From a virus, in IMG/VR virus record IMGVR_UViG_3300032241_002567, positions 79,837 through 143,836 of that record: a DNA stretch of 64,000 nucleotides; one strand, given 5' to 3'. This document shows, one piece after another, positions 58,628 to 64,000 of the stretch (position 1 is the stretch's first letter; each line of letters starts with the position of its first letter). Below the pieces are notes generated by a model. It saw only the letters and a program-made list of their open reading frames with translations, searched no databases and had not been told where the DNA came from. A program made the translations under genes and the position numbers.

Positions 58628-59992
58628 ATGAGTCGCAAAAGAAAAAATAAGAATAAAACAATTTTTACATATACTAATCGTTTAGAAGGCATTCTAATGG
58701 ATATTTCAGATAATATATCTTATGCTATACTTGGTTCTTATATGTGTGAAACTGATAGTGGTATAAAGCTAATAGATTTTGATTCAAAAGATCATTTTAA
58801 AATTTATAAAGATAGAACCAAATCTTCTGAAAAAATACATGTTAAAAAATTTCTAAATGAATTTTTTGGTGAAGGTAAATTTTCTGGATATGAAATTAGA
58901 TCATTTTTATTTGATTTTAACCAAAAAATTAAAACAGTAGATATAGATTATAAAGATGTCAATATGACACCTTTTGAAAATAAATTTGGTTATAATCCAA
59001 AAGATATTGCTTATACATTTAAATCACTTTGTTATCAAACATATCCTTTTGGAACTGAATCACAAATTTTAAAATTCATTGATTTACCATTACAACAAGA
59101 TGATTTTGGTAATTACTTTATTAAAATTGGGAAAAGTAATACAATGTTTACTTCACATTTTGATTCAGCATGTAAATCACAAGATAAGGTTAAAATTCTC
59201 ACCTTCCAAAAAGAAGATTATAATTTCTTTTGTAGCGATGGCTCGACAATTTTGAGTGCAGATGATAAGGCGGGTGTTACCATAATGCTTTACATGATAG
59301 CACATAATATACCTGGTTTATATTATTTCTTTATTGGTGAAGAAGTTGGCGGAATTGGTTCGGGATTATTATCTAAGAATTATGATAAATATGATTATCT
59401 AAAAGATATTAAAAAATGTATTTCTTTTGATAGGAGAAATTATCATTCAATTATAACACATCAAAGTTTGACTAGAACTTGCTCTGATGATTTTGCAGAA
59501 AGTTTATGTCAAGAATTAATTAAACAAGGTCTTCATTACGAATTAGATAATACTGGTGCTTTTACAGACTCTGCTAATTTTATTAATGTTATAAACGAAT
59601 GCACTAATGTATCTGTTGGTTATTTTAAAGAGCATACCACAGATGAATACGTTAATATAACGTTCTTGGAGCAATTGTGTAAAGCTTGTGTTAATATAGA
59701 TTGGAAAAATCTTACAATAAGTAGAAAGATTGGATATAATCATGAAATTATAGATCGAAATTATGATATGCTTACTGAATTTAAGTCTATGACTTTTTAT
59801 AATGATATTAAACTAAAATCTTTTAATGATAGAATTTTCATGCAATTAAAATCAGTTGAATCGCCTTTTATGGAAAATTATGAGGACATTTCAACTTTAA
59901 ATAATTTATTTAAAAAATTTAATATAAATCCTTATATTTATTTAACTGATGATTCTTCTGGAAATATATTAATGAATATAGAAATTGAATAA
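58628..59992 (+). CDS. M20/M28-family metallopeptidase
   Basis: SHFD, ADDKAG, GEEVGGIGS, SFDR, FTDS, EHT. Confidence 0.85.
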   Translation: MSRKRKNKNKTIFTYTNRLEGILMDISDNISYAILGSYMCETDSGIKLIDFDSKDHFKIYKDRTKSSEKIHVKKFLNEFFGEGKFSGYEIRSFLFDFNQKIKTVDIDYKDVNMTPFENKFGYNPKDIAYTFKSLCYQTYPFGTESQILKFIDLPLQQDDFGNYFIKIGKSNTMFTSHFDSACKSQDKVKILTFQKEDYNFFCSDGSTILSADDKAGVTIMLYMIAHNIPGLYYFFIGEEVGGIGSGLLSKNYDKYDYLKDIKKCISFDRRNYHSIITHQSLTRTCSDDFAESLCQELIKQGLHYELDNTGAFTDSANFINVINECTNVSVGYFKEHTTDEYVNITFLEQLCKACVNIDWKNLTISRKIGYNHEIIDRNYDMLTEFKSMTFYNDIKLKSFNDRIFMQLKSVESPFMENYEDISTLNNLFKKFNINPYIYLTDDSSGNILMNIEIE

Positions 59993-59993
59993 T

Positions 59994-60278
59994 ATGGAAT
60001 TACAAATACAAGAAATAGATGAATTAAAAGAAATTGCTAATTGGATTCGAAAAAATGAATCTGATAAAATATGTATTTTTGTTGATAAACAAAACCGAAT
60101 AGTAATTGAAAGAGAATTAGAAAAATGTGAAACTATGTTTTCAATTATGAACATAATGGAAGAATTGAAAAATATTCAATTAAATTATATGCCTGATTTT
60201 AGTTGCATATTTGAAATGTGGATGTTTAGACAAAAACCAAAAATTTACTGCACTTATGAAAGAAATAATATTAACTAA
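59994..60278 (+). CDS. Hypothetical protein
   Basis: ORF track, start adjusted to ATG 59994. Confidence 0.55.
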   Translation: MELQIQEIDELKEIANWIRKNESDKICIFVDKQNRIVIERELEKCETMFSIMNIMEELKNIQLNYMPDFSCIFEMWMFRQKPKIYCTYERNNIN

Positions 60279-60495
60279 ACCGAGGGCTAGACATACTATA
60301 TATTTTCGCCCTGATAAAGACGATGATTGGTTTATCTTTATATATCATACAGATAAAAATGGTAAATCAAGAAAAAGAATGATTATACAAAAAGATATGG
60401 ATATGTTTCTCAATGATTATATAAATGATGGTTGGATTATATCTTCCGGAGAAGAAACAATAAAAAACCCAGCAAAATCTAATAAAAAGAAGTAA
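60256..60495 (+). CDS. Hypothetical protein
   Basis: ORF track, start adjusted to ATG 60256. Confidence 0.55.
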   Translation: MKEIILTKPRARHTIYFRPDKDDDWFIFIYHTDKNGKSRKRMIIQKDMDMFLNDYINDGWIISSGEETIKNPAKSNKKK

Positions 60496-60528
60496 TTTCA
60501 ATATATAATATAAATATGTGAAGAAAAT

Positions 60529-60559
60529 TTTGTTATTTCAAAACTTCTTTGTATATTTG
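60529..60559 (+). promoter_or_regulatory. Bacteroidota sigmaA-type promoter for tmRNA (TTTG-N19-TATATTTG)
   Basis: Perfect consensus just upstream of ssrA. Confidence 0.75.
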
Positions 60560-60575
60560 TTATAAAATAACACTT

Positions 60576-60927
60576 GGGGCTGATTTGATTAGACTGATAG
60601 TTCTGAAGTAAGTTATGATGCAAGCATCGGTGGTTGTATCCGATTAATAAGAAGCAATAAACAATAAATGCAAACGAAATTGCAACTAGCGAAGATTTAT
60701 CTTTCGCTTTAACGAACAACTTGATCAACGAAGTGGCTTTCGCCTAACTGTGAAACAGGTGACTCTGTTTTAAAAAAGTCAAAGAGTGGTTACTTAATAA
60801 CTTGCTAATTTTCTGATTTTTAGCATAAAATAAATTGGATATTTTGACTATTTAGAAAAATATTCTAAGCTTGTGAAAGAATAGTTTAAGTCAGCTAGCA
60901 ACACCCGGTTCGAAACCGGCAGCTCCA
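60576..60927 (+). ncRNA. ssrA: tmRNA; tag ORF 60670-60747 ANEIATSEDLSFALTNNLINEVAFA*
   Basis: 5' GGGGCTG pairs with 3' CAGCTCC-A (G3:U70); T-arm ccggttcgaaaccgg; resume context ataaat-GCA-AAC-GAA; about 350 nt. Confidence 0.92.
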
Positions 60928-60928
60928 C

Positions 60929-60960
60929 AAAAAGACACTCAAAATTGAGTGTCTTTTTTT
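60929..60960 (+). terminator. Terminator after tmRNA
   Basis: aaaaagacactcaa-aa-ttgagtgtcttttttt. Confidence 0.85.
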
Positions 60961-60973
60961 TATATATACTATT

Positions 60974-61726
60974 ATGAGGTATATAAAATTTTTTGAAGAT
61001 TTTAATTATATTGTTGATGATGATTCAGAAGCAACTTTAAAGAGAGCTTTTGCTCGCCCAAAAGATGTCAATATAGATTTTGATTTAGAATATATTAAGT
61101 ATGCTAAAAGATTAGCAAAAGTAAAAAAATCTGATCCAAAATATACACTACAGGTTAAAGCAAAAGATGTAATGTCAGAAGGAATTATATCTATTCCAAA
61201 GGGAATATTTATAGTTTTAAATGATTTTAAATTTGGAAAATCTCTTTTTAAGAAAGATTCTATTATTGAATCAGATGGATTTGGTAATCTTACTATCACA
61301 AATACAGATGGAACTAGTGAAACAAAAAAAGCAAAAGGACCCAAGAGAGGATTTGAAAGATTTTATTTAAATTTTTATGCAAATACTAAAAGAAAAGAAG
61401 ATAAAATCAGTCCATTTACACGAAAAGAAAAAGATTTAATTAATTTTATTTATTCAAATAAAAATAAAGCTTCAAAAGAAGAAATAACAAATTTTTTACA
61501 GGGGTTCGCCACAACCGCAGAAACCGAATTAGAACCAAGAAAATTGAAAATATATCGTGATGCTTTTATTTATGAAATAAATAAAAAGTTTAGAGAATCT
61601 GGATTAGGAACAGATAATTTGATTTTATTACCAACAGGAATGAAAGGCACTTCAAAAGGACAGGCTAAAGAATTTGATTATAAAATAAATCCTGATTATC
61701 TTAATATTATTAAGACCTTAATATAA
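60974..61726 (+). CDS. Hypothetical protein with leader MRYIKFFEDF
   Basis: Shared leader; TATATA motif immediately upstream. Confidence 0.7.
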   Translation: MRYIKFFEDFNYIVDDDSEATLKRAFARPKDVNIDFDLEYIKYAKRLAKVKKSDPKYTLQVKAKDVMSEGIISIPKGIFIVLNDFKFGKSLFKKDSIIESDGFGNLTITNTDGTSETKKAKGPKRGFERFYLNFYANTKRKEDKISPFTRKEKDLINFIYSNKNKASKEEITNFLQGFATTAETELEPRKLKIYRDAFIYEINKKFRESGLGTDNLILLPTGMKGTSKGQAKEFDYKINPDYLNIIKTLI

Positions 61727-61736
61727 GATTAATTTG

Positions 61737-62261
61737 TTATAATATGTTATTTAAAATGAAATCAACTCTTTTATTTGTATCAATTTTTGGAACAATTATA
61801 GGATTATAACCATAATTGGTATAAGCCTTATGTAAGAATTCACCTACTATTTGGGCTTCTTCTGCGGTTTCGTGTCTTATATCATCATTTTTATAAATTT
61901 CTTTCCAGAATGGAAAAATGAAAACTGCGTCATAACGATAGTTTTTAGCTGCAAAATTTAATTCATTATTAATTTCAATATTATAACGATTTCTATAACC
62001 AATTTCATCTAAAATGGATCTATCAAAAAAACCAGTTTTATTATCAAACCAATCTTTAATAGTTATATTTTCTATAGCTTTTTGAAAGAGTAATCTATTT
62101 TCTTTTGATAATTTTGGATGTAAATGAGGAGAATTTTTTTGATAATCTTCTATTAAGGTTCTGGCTGGCTCAGGAATAATATTAAATCCCTTTTCAGCAA
62201 GAAGATTAATAACAGAAGTTTTTCCAGCACCAGGCCCGCCTGTTAAGACTATTCTTTTCAT
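61737..62261 (-). CDS. AAA_28 / NadR-like P-loop kinase-ATPase
   Basis: IVLTGGPGAGKTS, EPAR, FFDRS, Y-ND-R-E; host-type promoter at 62277-62307 (-). Confidence 0.85.
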   Translation of the reverse strand: MKRIVLTGGPGAGKTSVINLLAEKGFNIIPEPARTLIEDYQKNSPHLHPKLSKENRLLFQKAIENITIKDWFDNKTGFFDRSILDEIGYRNRYNIEINNELNFAAKNYRYDAVFIFPFWKEIYKNDDIRHETAEEAQIVGEFLHKAYTNYGYNPIIVPKIDTNKRVDFILNNIL

Positions 62262-62294
62262 TTGATTTATTTAAAGCAAATATACGATAAATTA

Positions 62295-62459
62295 TTAACT
62301 TTTCAAATTTTCAACAATAATATTTTCGATGAATTTTTTTATAGATAAATTATTTAATTTACAATAATCTTTTAATTTTTGATGTAATTCTTTATCAATT
62401 TGTATAAATGTATTATTCGAATTATATCTTTTTTTTGTTTCAGAATAATTTTTTTCCAT
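62295..62459 (-). CDS. 54-aa RHH-like protein (absent from ORF track)
   Basis: MEKNYSETKKRYNSNNTFIQIDKELHQKLKDYCKLNNLSIKKFIENIIVENLKS*. Confidence 0.6.
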   Translation of the reverse strand: MEKNYSETKKRYNSNNTFIQIDKELHQKLKDYCKLNNLSIKKFIENIIVENLKS

Positions 62460-62514
62460 AAGGAAGAGTTATTTTTTAATATATATTTTATATAAAAATA
62501 AAAATAAATGGTTT

Positions 62515-63042
62515 ATGATAATTAAACAAAAAACAAGAAGAGGAGATAATTAAAAGAAAAAATGGAGAAACTTTAGAAAATATAAAAATTCAATATAATA
62601 TTAAGAGCATAAAAACCATTTATGATGTTATAGAAAGAAATGGAAGAGAAAAAATAGTGCCGAATAAAAATATTTTGTTAATCAAGATTATTTTGAAGGA
62701 TGCTTAAATAATAAAACTTATAAAATAAAATTTCCCTCTTTAAAAGAGGATTTATTTAGACATTTTATTAGAGGCTATTTTGATGGTGATGGGTGTATTT
62801 ATATACATAAAAATAAAAATAAAGCAGAGTGTATTATTACGTCAAATTATCATTTCATAAATGATATTGTGAATTTTTTAAAATATGGTAAAATTATTAA
62901 AAATGGAAATGTTTATAACTTTACTATTTATAAAAAAACAGAAATTTTAAATTTTTATAATTTAATTTACTCTGATGCAAATATTTTCTTAGAAAGAAAA
63001 AAATTGATTTTTCAAAAACATTTAGATAATTTAATTATTTAA
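62515..63042 (+). pseudogene. Degraded LAGLIDADG homing endonuclease
   Basis: FPSLKEDLFRHFIRGYFDGDGCI...LERK intact; upstream frameshifts and stops; first LAGLIDADG motif missing between NQDYFE and GCLNNKT. Confidence 0.8.
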
Positions 63043-63061
63043 TTAAAAAACAATTTATATT

Positions 63062-64000
63062 ATGTCGATTCATAGTTATTTTGGTGGTAAGTCTAGCAAG
63101 GTTTTCCACGAATTAATAAATACAAAAATACCTAAAACTGGTATAAAAACATATGTTGAACCATTTTCTGGTTCGATGGGTACTTATATGGATGATATTT
63201 CGTTAAATTACGAAAACATCATTTATAATGATAAAAATAGACATCAAGTTAATTTATTTAAATGTTGTTCTGAACCTGAAAAATTTATTCCAATTTTGGA
63301 AAAATTTATGCAAACAAAATTGCATACTGATTTAATTGACCCTATAGAAAAATGGGAATTTTATAAAGCAATTTATAAGGAATATACTAAAAATGATTTT
63401 TTAGATAATATGAATTTTGAAATAGGTGACTTTAAAAGAGCTTCTATGTATGCATTTTTATTAACATCTGCACACAATGCCTGCTTTCCACGTGGGGCAG
63501 GTTTTAATGGTTATAAAAAGGATAAAGACAAATTAAAATTAGAAACTTTAATTTCTAAATTGAAGAAAAATACATATACAAACAAATTACAATCAATTAC
63601 AGGTTTTCATAATGACGATTTTGAAGAAATAATTAGAAAATACGATTCTTACGATTCATATTTTTATATCGATGCTCCATATTTTAGACCCGATGAAAAT
63701 GGCGAAGATGATGCTAAAAGACTATTTTGGTATGGCGCCGATAAAGAAGGTATGTTTGGACCTGCTTCACATAGAAGATTATTAGAATTAATAAAAAATA
63801 TAGAAGCAAGATGGTCTTTATCATATTATTATTTTCCTCTTTTAGAAGAATTACTTCCAAAAGATAAATATATGTGGTTCCAAAAAGAAGTTTTTAGAAG
63901 TTCGGCACATGGTGGAAATAATAGTTCCAACAAAGGCGAGCAAGCAAAAGGAGTTGAATTGTTAATTTTAAATTACAACCCAGAAACAGGAGAAAAATTA
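63062..64000 (+). CDS. Dam-like DNA adenine methyltransferase (runs off window)
   Basis: SYFGGKS, YVEPFSGS, YND-N, FYIDAPY, LSYY, ELLILNY. Confidence 0.85.
   Translation, partial: MSIHSYFGGKSSKVFHELINTKIPKTGIKTYVEPFSGSMGTYMDDISLNYENIIYNDKNRHQVNLFKCCSEPEKFIPILEKFMQTKLHTDLIDPIEKWEFYKAIYKEYTKNDFLDNMNFEIGDFKRASMYAFLLTSAHNACFPRGAGFNGYKKDKDKLKLETLISKLKKNTYTNKLQSITGFHNDDFEEIIRKYDSYDSYFYIDAPYFRPDENGEDDAKRLFWYGADKEGMFGPASHRRLLELIKNIEARWSLSYYYFPLLEELLPKDKYMWFQKEVFRSSAHGGNNSSNKGEQAKGVELLILNYNPETGEKL

Noticed and set aside
60498-60728. 76-aa minus-strand ORF
   Set aside because: Antisense to the tmRNA and its promoter.
60895-60930. Stand-alone tRNA
   Set aside because: The T-arm and acceptor strand belong to the tmRNA; no other cloverleaf was found by eye in the window.
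938-61344. Many antisense or overlapping ORFs in the track (e.g. 938..1270, 6051..6392, 6945..7226, 7245..7565, 11083..11343, 13192..13500, 17778..18050, 36187..36495, 39037..39306, 50153..50455, 57365..57640, 61006..61344)
   Set aside because: Shadows of well-supported genes; F/S/L/I-rich composition expected from antisense K/E/N codons; no motifs.

Overview
Very AT-rich segment of a large T4-like (myovirus) jumbo phage genome in the standard genetic code. The host is probably Bacteroidota, based on TTTG-N19/20-TAnnTTTG promoters and A-rich leaders without Shine-Dalgarno sites. Core virion genes are dispersed among accessory genes: oversized tail sheath, TerS, TerL with a class-3 LAGLIDADG intein, gp25, gp15, gp4, gp2, portal, protease-scaffold fusion, major capsid, gp55 late sigma and clamp loader. 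Accessory genes include glutamine synthetase, ClpS, tmRNA, Nei glycosylase, a 2H phosphoesterase, a minimal PolA/T7-RNAP-like polymerase, a glycosyltransferase, an M28 peptidase, five DNA methyltransferases, and intact or decayed homing endonucleases. The most notable patterns are: (1) a shared MKY(I/L)KxFE(N/E/D)F leader on about 10 unrelated late proteins, with a 14-aa repeat array in the protease-scaffold, suggesting a capsid cargo-loading code; (2) a late-expressed agmatinase/GNAT/DUF3326/pyruvoyl-decarboxylase cassette between head genes; (3) unusually long perfect palindromes that give convergent genes identical C-termini; (4) a tmRNA with a long atypical tag plus ClpS; (5) three distinguishable promoter classes. 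All family calls come from motif recognition by eye; no searches were run.
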